Source: a virus (taxonomy: Duplodnaviria > Caudoviricetes). Taken from it: a stretch of 64,000 bases of DNA. The first letter of the stretch is position 1. Each line of letters begins with the position of its first letter. The notes beneath the pieces were generated by a model. The model saw only the letters and a list, made by a program, of their open reading frames with translations, was not told the DNA's origin and ran no database searches. Position numbers and translations under genes: made by a program. This document shows positions 1 through 9,739 of the stretch, in pieces. The stretch lies in the IMG/VR virus record IMGVR_UViG_3300028581_000010. One strand, given 5' to 3'.

Positions 1-2
1 AT

Positions 3-656
3 GTGGCCCAAAAAGCACACTGGACGGTATGTCCTCCACCAGAGATACAATGTGACGAGTGGGGCAATTGTGGCTTTGTGCCTGCACCTTGCGGTACGTC
101 TCCTTGGTGCTGTGCCGGGCAACAGAGAACCACATATAAATTACTAGGTGGCCATCCGTTGGCAGACTGGTACGCAGCAACTCAGGCAGAATATAATTCT
201 ACACGTGCACAATGGAACACTATAGAACCAGCCAAAGCAAATACAAAAAAAGAAGGCGGTATAGCCAATTCTGTGAAGGTTGGCGTGGGTGGCTGTGATT
301 ACTCAACCAACGCTGCGGTGGATCTACCTATAACATATACCGCAGGATCAGAGGATGCTGGACGCAGACCCAACGTCGCAGACTTCACTTATCCTTGGAG
401 CTACACCGCGCTTTGCATACAAACTAAAAAACTTTCCAACGTAATACTTAGAAAGTGGACAAATCCTTCTGGAACAGGCTCATACACGTATACTTATGAG
501 AAAAAGGATATAGCCTCTACTGCAACCGGCTATGATGGCAAGGATGTTGTGATACTTGAGCCTGCTGCTCTTGAGACGTATTATGTCAAAGGACTTTCTC
601 CAGACTATGATTATGTGCTGGCTGAGTATGATAAACAGGAAGCAGCCACCCCATAA
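3..656 (+). CDS. Hypothetical Cys/Thr/Tyr-rich protein, probably 5'-truncated by the window edge (possibly virion-associated)
   Basis: ORF open from the window edge to TAA at 654-656; no recognisable motif. Confidence 0.55.
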   Translation: MAQKAHWTVCPPPEIQCDEWGNCGFVPAPCGTSPWCCAGQQRTTYKLLGGHPLADWYAATQAEYNSTRAQWNTIEPAKANTKKEGGIANSVKVGVGGCDYSTNAAVDLPITYTAGSEDAGRRPNVADFTYPWSYTALCIQTKKLSNVILRKWTNPSGTGSYTYTYEKKDIASTATGYDGKDVVILEPAALETYYVKGLSPDYDYVLAEYDKQEAATP

Positions 657-661
657 CAACC

Positions 662-694
662 TCAGGCTTCGGGAATATCTATCTTAGAGCTTAG
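662..694 (-). repeat. Recoded duplicate of the last 10 codons plus stop (LSSKIDIPEA*) of the RNAP gene at 930-962
   Basis: cta agc tct aag ata gat att ccc gaa gcc tga versus ctc tcg tct aaa atc gac ata cct gag gca tga. Confidence 0.95.
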
Positions 695-933
695 TCGTTG
701 CCGTATTGCCTTACGTTTGTCTTCTGCCACCTTGCGCAGGTTATCTTCTTCCCAAGCAGGCCTCAAGTTTGATAAAGCCCAGCACCGTTTAAAGGACGCA
801 TCCGTCTCACAGGTATAGTGGAAGGAACAAACAGGCTCAACATGGCTCTCCTACAGCTTACACAGATACTACGCTTATGCGCCTTGTTCACTATTGTTAA
901 CGGCGCGCTGCAGCCCTTGCATATCAATCTCAT
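662..933 (-). pseudogene. Internally deleted HNH homing endonuclease remnant
   Basis: ATG at 933 overlaps the RNAP stop (ATGA). N-terminal frame MRLICKGC...ICVSCRRA (CxxC..CxxC). Near 850 the frame shifts to HVEPVCSF...SNLRPAWEEDNLRK, the same HNH motif as the intact ORFs at 2727 and 4289. The central region is missing. Confidence 0.85.
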
Positions 934-2645
934 GCCTCAGGTATGTCGATTTTAGACGAGAGGAACTCTTGATGTGAGATCCACACAGGTTTACCCTCGG
1001 GGTCTAGCACCATTCTATAGAGCTTGCCGTCTTCTCCCTTGCGAGAGTTGTGCACGAAGAAGTTCACAACACCAATGGTAGTAGCCTCTACCGTAGCAAG
1101 AGGGTCCAGTAGTCCGAACTGCGATTCGTTGACAGCCCGCGAAGAGTCAGGAATAGCCTCGGTGCTGTTACCGGACCAAATACACTTACCATTTCTGCGT
1201 GTAAGCAGTAGCTCTCCTGGTACCTCTGCACAGTATACCATGCCACTGTACTGCCTTCGGTTGAAACAGGTCTTGTCAGACAGCATTACTTCTTTACGGT
1301 TATTGAGCTTGGCGCGAAAATAGCGAGAGTCGGCATAGTTTACGTGCATGCCGCGCATAACCGCCAATTGTGCCACTTGGTTACGGAGGCGTTTAGACGC
1401 GGACTCATACAACCTTCCGCCGCAGGCAAGTATTCCACTGCAGTCCATTTTTGTAAGTGCGTTAAACAAGGCTTCACGTATTTCCAGACTACCTTCCATA
1501 ATCCAATCTGGAATAAATTTATCCTTTGCTTTACCAAACTGCCGAAAATAATGAGCAAAGTGCTTGCCAGTGATTATAAATCGACGACCTTGCTCGTACC
1601 TATATTGAACACCAAGGGTGTCTAGTGTACTGCGAATAATCTCAACCTCTTCAGGGTTGGATACAATAGACTTACCTATCTCTACACGGTATTCGTTACG
1701 CTTTTCATTAAAAGAATAACTGCCATCGGCCAGATAGTAACCCAGTAGTGCAGCGAAGGGAACAGTACTAAACCGCACAGCCTCTTGTATTTGAGTAGCT
1801 CTGTTCGTTTTGTTCACAAAAGGAGCAGGCTGAATCTCAATATATTCTAGCTCCTTACCTCCGACGTATGCGCCTGCGGCCAGCATATGTTTCCACCGGG
1901 CTCCGTGAGCCTCCTCTGCAGCGCGAAAGCTATACGGCGAAAAGTCTCTAACCTGTGTGTGTCGATTATACTTGGGATTCGAGGCAAACATTCTATGCGT
2001 CGGCGTCACCAGTGCATTAACATAAACATTATCGAATTCCAGCAACTCGCCATTATACTCTCCAGCAAACAGCCTGTGTGGGTGTGCGAACTGCAGCGCA
2101 CCATCAAGACAGACGCCCAGCTCGTCGACTAATGTGACGTCCGGCCAGACCTTCCAGCCTTTGCTCGTAAACACCTCGGTATCTGCAGAATGACATCCAA
2201 TACCCCCCTCACCCATCTTGCTCACCTTGTGTGCAAGCATGTACTGTTCCATTGGGTTAACACCCTCGATGTTCTGTGCTAGAGAGTTACCAACGAATAC
2301 GGACTTAACTTGAGACGTAAAGAACCCAGAGTGTAGCCAGCTTAGATTGCGCTTCTGTCTGAGCTTCATTTTAGCCTTGGCTTGTATCTTACCTGCATCG
2401 TGCTCGATGTGTTCCTTGACGTAGTCCTCGGCACCAAGAAACTTAGCGAACATTAGGTTATCGCGGTCGTCGGCATCCTCTTCACGGGAGTAGACCTTGA
2501 TCAGCTTGGCAGAAGCATCCAATAGTATCTTCGGCGTCAGATACGAGGCATTAATCTTCATGGTTTTGGACATCACTGTCGCATCTAACTTCATGTTGGT
2601 GAGGTACAGTTTAATTTCGGCGATCTTTTCCTGACGAGTCTTCAT
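930..2645 (-). CDS. Split DNA-directed RNA polymerase beta-subunit-like fragment, intein-containing (extein about 228 aa)
   Basis: Extein NPMEQYMLAHKVSKMGEGGIG|STEAIPDSSRAVNESQFGLLDPLATVEATTIGVV resembles RpoB NPLSE.THKRR.S.LGPGG...R.VH.THYGRICPIETPEG.NIGL. Confidence 0.8.
   Translation of the reverse strand: MKTRQEKIAEIKLYLTNMKLDATVMSKTMKINASYLTPKILLDASAKLIKVYSREEDADDRDNLMFAKFLGAEDYVKEHIEHDAGKIQAKAKMKLRQKRNLSWLHSGFFTSQVKSVFVGNSLAQNIEGVNPMEQYMLAHKVSKMGEGGIGCHSADTEVFTSKGWKVWPDVTLVDELGVCLDGALQFAHPHRLFAGEYNGELLEFDNVYVNALVTPTHRMFASNPKYNRHTQVRDFSPYSFRAAEEAHGARWKHMLAAGAYVGGKELEYIEIQPAPFVNKTNRATQIQEAVRFSTVPFAALLGYYLADGSYSFNEKRNEYRVEIGKSIVSNPEEVEIIRSTLDTLGVQYRYEQGRRFIITGKHFAHYFRQFGKAKDKFIPDWIMEGSLEIREALFNALTKMDCSGILACGGRLYESASKRLRNQVAQLAVMRGMHVNYADSRYFRAKLNNRKEVMLSDKTCFNRRQYSGMVYCAEVPGELLLTRRNGKCIWSGNSTEAIPDSSRAVNESQFGLLDPLATVEATTIGVVNFFVHNSRKGEDGKLYRMVLDPEGKPVWISHQEFLSSKIDIPEA
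1167..2195 (-). mobile_element. Intein (343 aa) with LAGLIDADG endonuclease in the RNAP beta-like gene
   Basis: Starts CHSADTEV, block B VTPTHRM, LAGLIDADG-like LLGYYLADGS, block F VYCAEVP, ends WSGN followed by Ser+1. Confidence 0.92.
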
Positions 2646-2653
2646 GTTGGTTT

Positions 2654-2682
2654 ATTTTAGCAAGCGCAGAAAATATTGTAAA
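2654..2682 (-). promoter_or_regulatory. Sigma70-like promoter for the RNAP beta-like gene
   Basis: TTTACA-N17-TAAAAT with TGn extension, 8 nt upstream of the ATG at 2645. Confidence 0.65.
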
Positions 2683-2726
2683 CAAAAAGCTTGCAGCCTG
2701 CTTTCCATGTGGTAATTTAAGTACAG

Positions 2727-3314
2727 ATGAACGCTAAGCAATGCACTAAATGCGCGAAGACCAAGCCCCTAGAGGACTTCTACAAGCATGGGGTGCGCAC
2801 GTATCACGGCGCCTGTAAAGACTGCATACGCCATAAGAGCCGCCGTTATCGTATAGACCACCCGGAAAAGTACAAAGCCACGCAGCAAGAACATTATCGC
2901 AAAAATAAGGATGAGATTTGTGCTAAAAATAAGGCTTACCGCGAAGCAAACCCTGAGAAAGCCAGATTTTATCATACCCGCTATATGAAGGAACGCCGCC
3001 AAGTGGACCCGAACTTTAAGTTGATTACCAACTTGCGCGGGCGCATACACGCTGCTCTGCGAGGTAGAGATAAATCTCAGACTACTAGGATATTGCTCGG
3101 GTGTACTCCCACCTATCTGAAAGAATATCTCGAATCTAGATTTACAGATGGTATGACTTGGGATAACTATGGAAAGTGGCATGTAGACCATATTGAGCCG
3201 TGCGACAGCTTCGATTTTACAAAAGAAGCTGCACAGCGCGCATGCTTTCATTACACAAACTTACAACCCCTATGGGCTAAGGACAATATCAGGAAAGGAA
3301 ATAAAAAATCGTGA
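2727..3314 (+). CDS. Free-standing HNH homing endonuclease
   Basis: CTKC..CKDC zinc knuckle, basic helical repeats, WHVDHIEPC...HYTNLQPLWAKDNIRKGN. Confidence 0.92.
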   Translation: MNAKQCTKCAKTKPLEDFYKHGVRTYHGACKDCIRHKSRRYRIDHPEKYKATQQEHYRKNKDEICAKNKAYREANPEKARFYHTRYMKERRQVDPNFKLITNLRGRIHAALRGRDKSQTTRILLGCTPTYLKEYLESRFTDGMTWDNYGKWHVDHIEPCDSFDFTKEAAQRACFHYTNLQPLWAKDNIRKGNKKS

Positions 3315-3499
3315 CATTTGAGTTCACTTACGACGACGAAGCCGAAGAGATAACAATCATCTACGACAACAGCACTATTCTTAAAGCCAGCAGCGAAGAT
3401 GGAGATGCCTCCTTTCGCCACTTCAGCAAGATAGATGACGAGGACGTTGAGCACATTCTCAAGAACCTCTGCAAGCAGGTGTTGAAGCTGTACGCCTAA
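3311..3499 (+). CDS. Small acidic hypothetical protein
   Basis: GTGA overlap with the upstream stop; 62 aa. Confidence 0.65.
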   Translation: MTFEFTYDDEAEEITIIYDNSTILKASSEDGDASFRHFSKIDDEDVEHILKNLCKQVLKLYA

Positions 3500-3504
3500 T
3501 AGCG

Positions 3505-3924
3505 ATGAACAAGACTGAACGTGAGCGCCCAAACTGGGACGTCTATGGTATGTCGTTAGCGTATGCCGCGCGGCTACGCAGCCCCGACCCCCACTATCAG
3601 GTAGGAGCCTGCGCTTTGCGCCAGGATCGCTCTGTAGCGGCCACAGGCTACAATGGGGCACCGGCAGGGGTAGAGATAGATTGGACTGACCGTATAAAAC
3701 GCCGTGGTAAAGTTATACACGCAGAGAAAAACTGCCTCCGCTATACGAAGCGTGGAGAAGTACACTATTTGTATTGTACACTTTCACCTTGCGCTAAATG
3801 CTTCGAAATGATCCGGTTACACGGTGTAAAGGAGATAATTTTCTCGGAAATTTACGAAATGGACATGACAGCGCTTGCCATAGCCCCATCGCACAATATT
3901 ATATGCAGACAACTCAAGATATGA
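3505..3924 (+). CDS. dCMP deaminase
   Basis: RSPDP..QVGAC, GYNG, IHAEKNCL, SPCAKC zinc motifs. Confidence 0.93.
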   Translation: MNKTERERPNWDVYGMSLAYAARLRSPDPHYQVGACALRQDRSVAATGYNGAPAGVEIDWTDRIKRRGKVIHAEKNCLRYTKRGEVHYLYCTLSPCAKCFEMIRLHGVKEIIFSEIYEMDMTALAIAPSHNIICRQLKI

Positions 3925-4717
3925 CTAAGGTTTGCTCAAAATGTAAAGTACGCCAAGCTTTGAGCGACTTTTACACACGCAACACAAAACCAATAGCTGC
4001 CTGTAAGCGCTGCGTGAGCGAGGCTACTCGACAATATCGAGAAGAGCATCTAGATATAGTTCGAGCTAGGGAGGTAGCCTATTATAAGGCACATACTGAC
4101 ATGCGTATCGCAAGCGCTAGAGCTTATCGCGCAGCAAATTCAGAGAGAGTGCGCGATAAGGATAAAATCTGGAGAGCAGCCAATATAGAGAAAATTCGGG
4201 CACAGAAGAAAGCCTGGAGCCAGGCTAACCGCGAAAAAAGACGAATAATCCTTAAAAAATATCGTGTCACACACCGAGAAGAATGTAAGTGCATAGTAAA
4301 GCGTGGAAGGATGCGAACCCTGAGAAATGTAGAGCATATGCGTCCTCCTACAAAAAAAGGCGTAATGACCTGCGTAAACGCCGCCGACAAAGCGACACGG
4401 CCTACCGCCTTGGCGAAAATCTACGTAGCAGAGTGCGGCGGGCAATGAAAAACAATACTAAGTCAACGCGTACAATGCGGCTTGTGGGATGCTCTATGGA
4501 ACAGCTGCGTAAGCATCTGGAGGAACAATTTGCTGCTGGTATGTCTTGGGAGAATTATGGGAAGTGGCATATGGACCACATCAAGCCTTGCGCTAGTTTT
4601 GATCTTAGTCGGGAAGCTGAGCAGCATAAATGTTTTCATTACACCAACTTACAACCGCTCTGGGCTAAAGATAATTTGCGCAAGTCCGCCAAATATGAGG
4701 AGAAAAATGCCGTCTAG
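3921..4717 (+). pseudogene. HNH homing endonuclease split by a single frameshift near 4287
   Basis: ATG 3921 frame gives MTKVCSKC..CKRC...HREECK. The second frame continues HSKAWKDANPEK...WHMDHIKPC...NLQPLWAKDN. Adding one base at tgtaa^gtgcat restores a full-length paralogue of 2727..3314. Confidence 0.85.
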
Positions 4718-4802
4718 CCGGGGTAACTTGTATTTTTCTCATAAACTTTGTAAAAAAGGAGCTTGACATTTTTTGGTGGCTTGCTATGGTGGCCACATAC
4801 AA

Positions 4803-5462
4803 ATGAATATAACTACCACTCCTTTCGTGCTGAGCCCTAGATGTTACGTTGCAACTCCGTCTACCAAGACGCACATTGTGTTGCATGGTTCTTTTTCTAG
4901 AACCAAATACACCTTCACTGGTGCTGACAATTCTGAGACCTGCCTCATGAAGCGCTGGAACATGCTCGAGGATAAGTTCGTAGGCCACTACGTCATTGGG
5001 CGCTCCGGCATAGTCTACAACTGCGTGGATGAAGACAGCTGGGCAAACCAGTCCGCCATGCGCAAACATACCGACATCGACCGCAAGTCGATCGGCATCT
5101 TTCTCTGCAACGAGCTGTATCTCATCAAGAGCGGCTCCCGTCACTACGCCTTCGGAATAGAGAAGCCTCACAACCTATATACAGGTCCGGTGTTCGACTA
5201 CGACGCCAAGGGATACAAGGTGTGGGCCGACTATGACGAACTACAGATCAACGCGCTCTGCAACGTCCTAGACGACGTCTGTGGCCGCAACGGAATTCCG
5301 AAAAGCATGTGCGCAAACACCTTTCTCTGTGACGAGGAAGATGATCGCATACATGCCGCGGGAATTCTTTCTCACGGTAATATCAACCCAAGCTCCTACA
5401 GCCTTCCGCTGCCAGGCTGGGTACTCGATAAGCTTCAATCAAGAGGCGTCCGCATGCTCTAA
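4803..5462 (+). CDS. N-acetylmuramoyl-L-alanine amidase (Amidase_2 fold)-like protein
   Basis: HIVLHGS, GHYVIGRSG.V, SIGI, Q..AL..VL, ILSH; preceded by TTGACA-N16-TATGGT. Confidence 0.75.
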   Translation: MNITTTPFVLSPRCYVATPSTKTHIVLHGSFSRTKYTFTGADNSETCLMKRWNMLEDKFVGHYVIGRSGIVYNCVDEDSWANQSAMRKHTDIDRKSIGIFLCNELYLIKSGSRHYAFGIEKPHNLYTGPVFDYDAKGYKVWADYDELQINALCNVLDDVCGRNGIPKSMCANTFLCDEEDDRIHAAGILSHGNINPSSYSLPLPGWVLDKLQSRGVRML

Positions 5463-5569
5463 GCAGAGTGTGCGGATAAAGGCAAGATATAAAGTTTTCG
5501 TATGAAAACTATTCTTATGGCCGCCCAAATCTAAATTTGTTAGTATAAAATCTCAACTTTAACCAACCT

Positions 5570-8386
5570 ATGTCAAAACAATTCCTAAGCAACCTCGTCC
5601 ACTATAGAACCTACGCCAAGTACCTCCCTGAGGAGTTCCGTCGCGAAACAAAAGAAGAAACCATCAAGCGCAATATCGACATGCATATCAAGAGATTCCC
5701 AGCGCTTGAGGCAGAGATCAACAAAGCCTACGAAGAGGTCTACAACGGCCGTGTAGTCCCAAGTATGCGCTCGTTTCAATTCGCTGGTGAGGCTATCGAG
5801 CGCCGCCCGAACCGCATGTTCAACTGCTCGTTTCTAAACATCACCTGCTTTCAAGACTTTGCCGATCTGTTCTACATGAGCATGTCCGGCTGCGGAGTAG
5901 GCTTCTCCGTCCGCAAGCGCCACGTATCCCAGCTGCCTTCTATTGCCGAGGGCCAAATAGTGTCTCCGTATGTTATTGATGACTCCGCCGAGGGATGGTG
6001 TGACTCTCTGCTCGCTCTATTGGAGAACGCCGACATTCAGTTCGACTACACCAAGATTCGTCCTATGGGTGCCCCTCTATCTACCGGTGGCACTGCCTCA
6101 GGCCCTAAGGCCCTCGTTAAGATGCATGCACACGTTCGCGTCATTCTACGTAAGGCAGCTGGGCGCCAGCTCACTTCCTTCGAGACGCACCGCATTTGTT
6201 GTCTTGTTGCAGACTGTGTTGTGGTAGGTGGTGTACGACGCGGCGCACTGATCAGCTTGTTTGATTACGACGACAACGAGATGCTGCACTGCAAATCCGG
6301 CAACTGGTACGAGAAGTATCCTGAGCTACAACGAGCTAATAACTCTGCCTGCATCGTAAAGACCGACGCCAACTTCGTAAGTAAAGCCACGCAGGTCATT
6401 GACGCCTGCTTCATCGGTGGCCAGGCGGAGCCAGGACTGTCGCTCACAAACAACGAAGACATGGGCTTCAACCCATGTCAACCTAGCTGGGCAAAAGTAC
6501 TCACTCCTCATGGAATACGTGAGTTTAAAGATGTAGGCGTTGGTGACAAGATTTGGTCCAAAGAAGGCTGGACAACTATCGTACGCAAATGGTCCAACGG
6601 TGTTAAGGAAGTACTGGAGTATAAAACATCCGCAGGTGTGTTTAACGGCACAGGTAAGCACAGAGTGGTTTCAGCTGGTGAAAAAATCGAAGTAGATAAA
6701 GCTGAGGCTATTGATATTTTTTCTGGAGAATATACGGCACAGCTGCAACTGGCGCCAGAGGATATAATGGATGGTCTCGTATTAGGAGACGGGAGTGTAC
6801 ACAAGGCCAGCAATGAGCTGGTATATCTTTATATTGGGCAACATGACCAAGACTACTTTAACAGCGAAGTAGCCCAGCATTTGCTAAAAGCACGACCAGG
6901 CCTGGCAGAAGGGGCACATGAAGTATACACTACTATCACCAGCGCGGAGCTGTCCAAGACCTACGCTCGCCGTATACCAGATCGTTTCTACTTCGGACCA
7001 AAAGCTAAAGTAGCCGGTTTCCTTCGTGGCTTATACTCGGCCAATGGCTCTGTGATAGGTACGGCTCGAATAGCTCTAAAAACCGCGTCAGAAGAGCTCG
7101 TACGCCAGGCGCAAACGATGTTGTCCAGTCTTGGCATTTCGTCATATATCACTACCAATAAAACGAAGAAAGTTATGTTCGCTAACGGCGAATATACCTG
7201 CAGACAAAGCTATGACCTTAATATCACTAACGACCGGGCTAAGTTCGCGACAACTATAGGCTTTATACAAGAATATAAAACGCAAGCATTAACGGCCATG
7301 CTGGAAAAGCATCGCAGACCAGCCAGCGGCAAAACAACATATGAAATCACAGAGATCAATGTTGTTTCCGAGGAAGAAGTCTTTGATATTGAAGTAGATA
7401 ATGCCAGCCATACGTATTGGACACAGGGGTGCGACGTATCCAACTGCCATGAGATCACTCTACAGAGCCGCGGTGTCTGTAACCTCACCGAGGTCAACGC
7501 GGCCAAGTGCCTCTCCAAGAGCGAGTGGCTTACCGCAGTACGCGCCGCTACAGTCATTGGCACGCTGCAGGCCGCTTATACAGACTTCAAATACGTCCAT
7601 CCGGATTGGAAGAAAAATGCCGAGGACGACGCCCTCCTAGGCGTGTCTATCACAGGTCAGGCAGAGAACCAGCAGATTCTTACAGCGGAGAACCTACATG
7701 AAGGCTCACTACTGGCAGTAGAGGTCAACAAGGAGTGGGCTGCTAAGCTAGGCATCAAGCCGGCTAAGCGTGTAACCACCACCAAACCAAGCGGAACATC
7801 TTCCTCTTGGCTCGGCACTACGGCAGGTGTGCATGCTGGGCATGACATTCGCTATATGCGCCGCGTTCGCATGGACAAGCTCTCTGCGTTGGCTAAGGCC
7901 CTGCAGCGTAAATTTCCTGCCTTCGTCGTAACAGACCCTGACAAGGAGTCCGACATGATCATGCAGGTGCCCATCAAGCTATACGATACAACACTGCTGC
8001 GCTCGCAGGAGACCGCAATACAGTGCTTGGATCGTGTTAAGAAACTATATGATAACTGGATCGTGCCAGGTCACGTAGAGGGCGACAACACAAACAATGT
8101 CAGCCTTACAATCAACTACCACGAACATGAAAAAGAAGCCATTAAGAAATGGATGATAGAAAACAAAGACTCGTATTATGGCATTAGCCTTATCCCTTAT
8201 GACGGTGCTGACTATCGGTATACACCTTATAGCCAACCGCCCCATCCTGAGATATTTGAGGTCCTTGATAAGGCGTTTTGTCTAGCCGCTGAGAACTTCA
8301 GTTTCGAAGACATCAAAGAAAAGAAGGACAACACTGACTTCAAGGGCGAAGCCGCTTGCGCCGGAGGTGCCTGCACTATAGACTAA
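5570..8386 (+). CDS. nrdJ: Ribonucleotide reductase, class II (AdoCbl-dependent, monomeric RTPR-like), intein-containing
   Basis: YRTYAK, PSMRSFQF, FNCSF, GCGVGFS, GGVRRGALI, GFNP|CHEI, CNLTEVN, TTTKPSGT, C-terminal ACAGGAC. No beta (NrdB) gene is seen in the window. Confidence 0.88.
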   Translation: MSKQFLSNLVHYRTYAKYLPEEFRRETKEETIKRNIDMHIKRFPALEAEINKAYEEVYNGRVVPSMRSFQFAGEAIERRPNRMFNCSFLNITCFQDFADLFYMSMSGCGVGFSVRKRHVSQLPSIAEGQIVSPYVIDDSAEGWCDSLLALLENADIQFDYTKIRPMGAPLSTGGTASGPKALVKMHAHVRVILRKAAGRQLTSFETHRICCLVADCVVVGGVRRGALISLFDYDDNEMLHCKSGNWYEKYPELQRANNSACIVKTDANFVSKATQVIDACFIGGQAEPGLSLTNNEDMGFNPCQPSWAKVLTPHGIREFKDVGVGDKIWSKEGWTTIVRKWSNGVKEVLEYKTSAGVFNGTGKHRVVSAGEKIEVDKAEAIDIFSGEYTAQLQLAPEDIMDGLVLGDGSVHKASNELVYLYIGQHDQDYFNSEVAQHLLKARPGLAEGAHEVYTTITSAELSKTYARRIPDRFYFGPKAKVAGFLRGLYSANGSVIGTARIALKTASEELVRQAQTMLSSLGISSYITTNKTKKVMFANGEYTCRQSYDLNITNDRAKFATTIGFIQEYKTQALTAMLEKHRRPASGKTTYEITEINVVSEEEVFDIEVDNASHTYWTQGCDVSNCHEITLQSRGVCNLTEVNAAKCLSKSEWLTAVRAATVIGTLQAAYTDFKYVHPDWKKNAEDDALLGVSITGQAENQQILTAENLHEGSLLAVEVNKEWAAKLGIKPAKRVTTTKPSGTSSSWLGTTAGVHAGHDIRYMRRVRMDKLSALAKALQRKFPAFVVTDPDKESDMIMQVPIKLYDTTLLRSQETAIQCLDRVKKLYDNWIVPGHVEGDNTNNVSLTINYHEHEKEAIKKWMIENKDSYYGISLIPYDGADYRYTPYSQPPHPEIFEVLDKAFCLAAENFSFEDIKEKKDNTDFKGEAACAGGACTID
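6476..7444 (+). mobile_element. Intein (323 aa) with LAGLIDADG endonuclease, inserted immediately before the catalytic Cys of the RNR
   Basis: Starts CQPSWAKV, TGKHRV, DGLVLGDGS and FLRGLYSANGS, VFDIEV, ends VSN followed by Cys+1 (NP|CHE). Confidence 0.95.
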
Positions 8387-8498
8387 GTTTGTATGAGCGC
8401 TAAAAAATCCAGCAAAAAAGCGGTCCGCACACCAACCAAGGAGGAAGCGAAGGACTCCAAGAAACCTTCCAAGAAAATTAGAAAGTATCAGAAACAAA

Positions 8499-9065
8499 TT
8501 GAACAAGATGAATATGAACAATACTACGAACCAAGATAGATGTGGGTCTCCGATTCCGCCTTTTCCAACAAAGTCGTTTAAAGACGCAGAAGACTTCGAC
8601 ATCGCCATGGAAGGGAGGATCTTAGCCGGCCGCATCATAGCTGAGAAGAACCTGGAGGTATTCGACGAAGAACTCAGCAGAGATCCAGCCGCCCACAAGG
8701 CCTGGCTTAACCAACAGCAGAAGCTGGTCACCAGACAGCGGTATATTATTGATGAGGTCATCAAGTACTTTGTACCGTGGGTAAGCTCGTTTGGACCCAT
8801 GCAATACTCCCATGTCACAAGCGTACTCGAGGCCAAGATCCGCGATATCTTTGCCGCAGCTCCTAAGATAGATGAAGAAGATACCGAGGCGCAGTATAAG
8901 GCAAACAAGTGCGATTTGAAGTATAACCCGATGGGTGCTGGCGAGTTTCGCCTGTCTATTACAAACGCAATCTGCAGCCATGTGCCTGGCGCAGGTTTTT
9001 ACACAAAAGTGCTTGACACTGGTAATGCAACTGTGGCAGTATCTGTCTTTCCGAAAAATCAATAA
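8499..9065 (+). CDS. Hypothetical protein
   Basis: 188-aa ORF co-oriented in the operon; start uncertain. Confidence 0.7.
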   Translation: MNKMNMNNTTNQDRCGSPIPPFPTKSFKDAEDFDIAMEGRILAGRIIAEKNLEVFDEELSRDPAAHKAWLNQQQKLVTRQRYIIDEVIKYFVPWVSSFGPMQYSHVTSVLEAKIRDIFAAAPKIDEEDTEAQYKANKCDLKYNPMGAGEFRLSITNAICSHVPGAGFYTKVLDTGNATVAVSVFPKNQ

Positions 9066-9067
9066 AC

Positions 9068-9739
9068 ATGAAGAACCAAACAGACATTACAATTCTCCTA
9101 GATAGAAGTGGTAGCATGGAGACTATCCGCAAAGATATGGAGGGAGCATTTAATAGCTTTCTCGACGAACAACGCCGGCTCGGTGGAGATATGCGCGTGA
9201 CGCTATATCAGTTCGACACAACGCTTGACAAAGTCTATGACCGGCTCCCTATCAACGAGGTACCTCCGCTTAAGATTCAGCCAAGAGGTGGCACAGCTCT
9301 AGTAGATGCTATGGTGCAGGTTGTTGATGAAGTTGGACGTCGCTTCGCTGCTCTTCCGGAATATGAGCGACCGGAACGTGTTGTTTTCCTCGTTGTAACC
9401 GACGGTGAAGAGAATAGTTCTAGGATATACCATACCCCCGATGTACTGGAGCGTACTAAGCGCCAGAAAGATCAATATAATTGGAACTTCATTTATCTTG
9501 GAGCCAATCAGGATAGCTTTTCTGTAGCCCGCTCGCTTGGCATAAGCCTGGAGAGCACCATGAACTACGGCACAACTAGCGCGAACTTAAAGAGCATGTC
9601 GCGCTCGCTAGCTGACACAATAGGCAACTATCATGTAGGAGCGTCCTACTCTTGTAGCTTTACAGATAAAGATCGAGAAGCACAACAAGGCCAACTGCAG
9701 TTTACCTCTCAGCCTAGCAAGGAAAAATCGGGCTATTAA
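9068..9739 (+). CDS. von Willebrand factor A (vWA) domain protein
   Basis: MIDAS LLDRSGSM, GGTAL.DA, VTDGEENSS, WNFIYLGAN. Confidence 0.92.
   Translation: MKNQTDITILLDRSGSMETIRKDMEGAFNSFLDEQRRLGGDMRVTLYQFDTTLDKVYDRLPINEVPPLKIQPRGGTALVDAMVQVVDEVGRRFAALPEYERPERVVFLVVTDGEENSSRIYHTPDVLERTKRQKDQYNWNFIYLGANQDSFSVARSLGISLESTMNYGTTSANLKSMSRSLADTIGNYHVGASYSCSFTDKDREAQQGQLQFTSQPSKEKSGY

Noticed and set aside
5463-5569. NrdR box or cobalamin riboswitch upstream of nrdJ
   Set aside because: No match to the NrdR palindrome, and the region is too short and AT-rich for a cobalamin riboswitch
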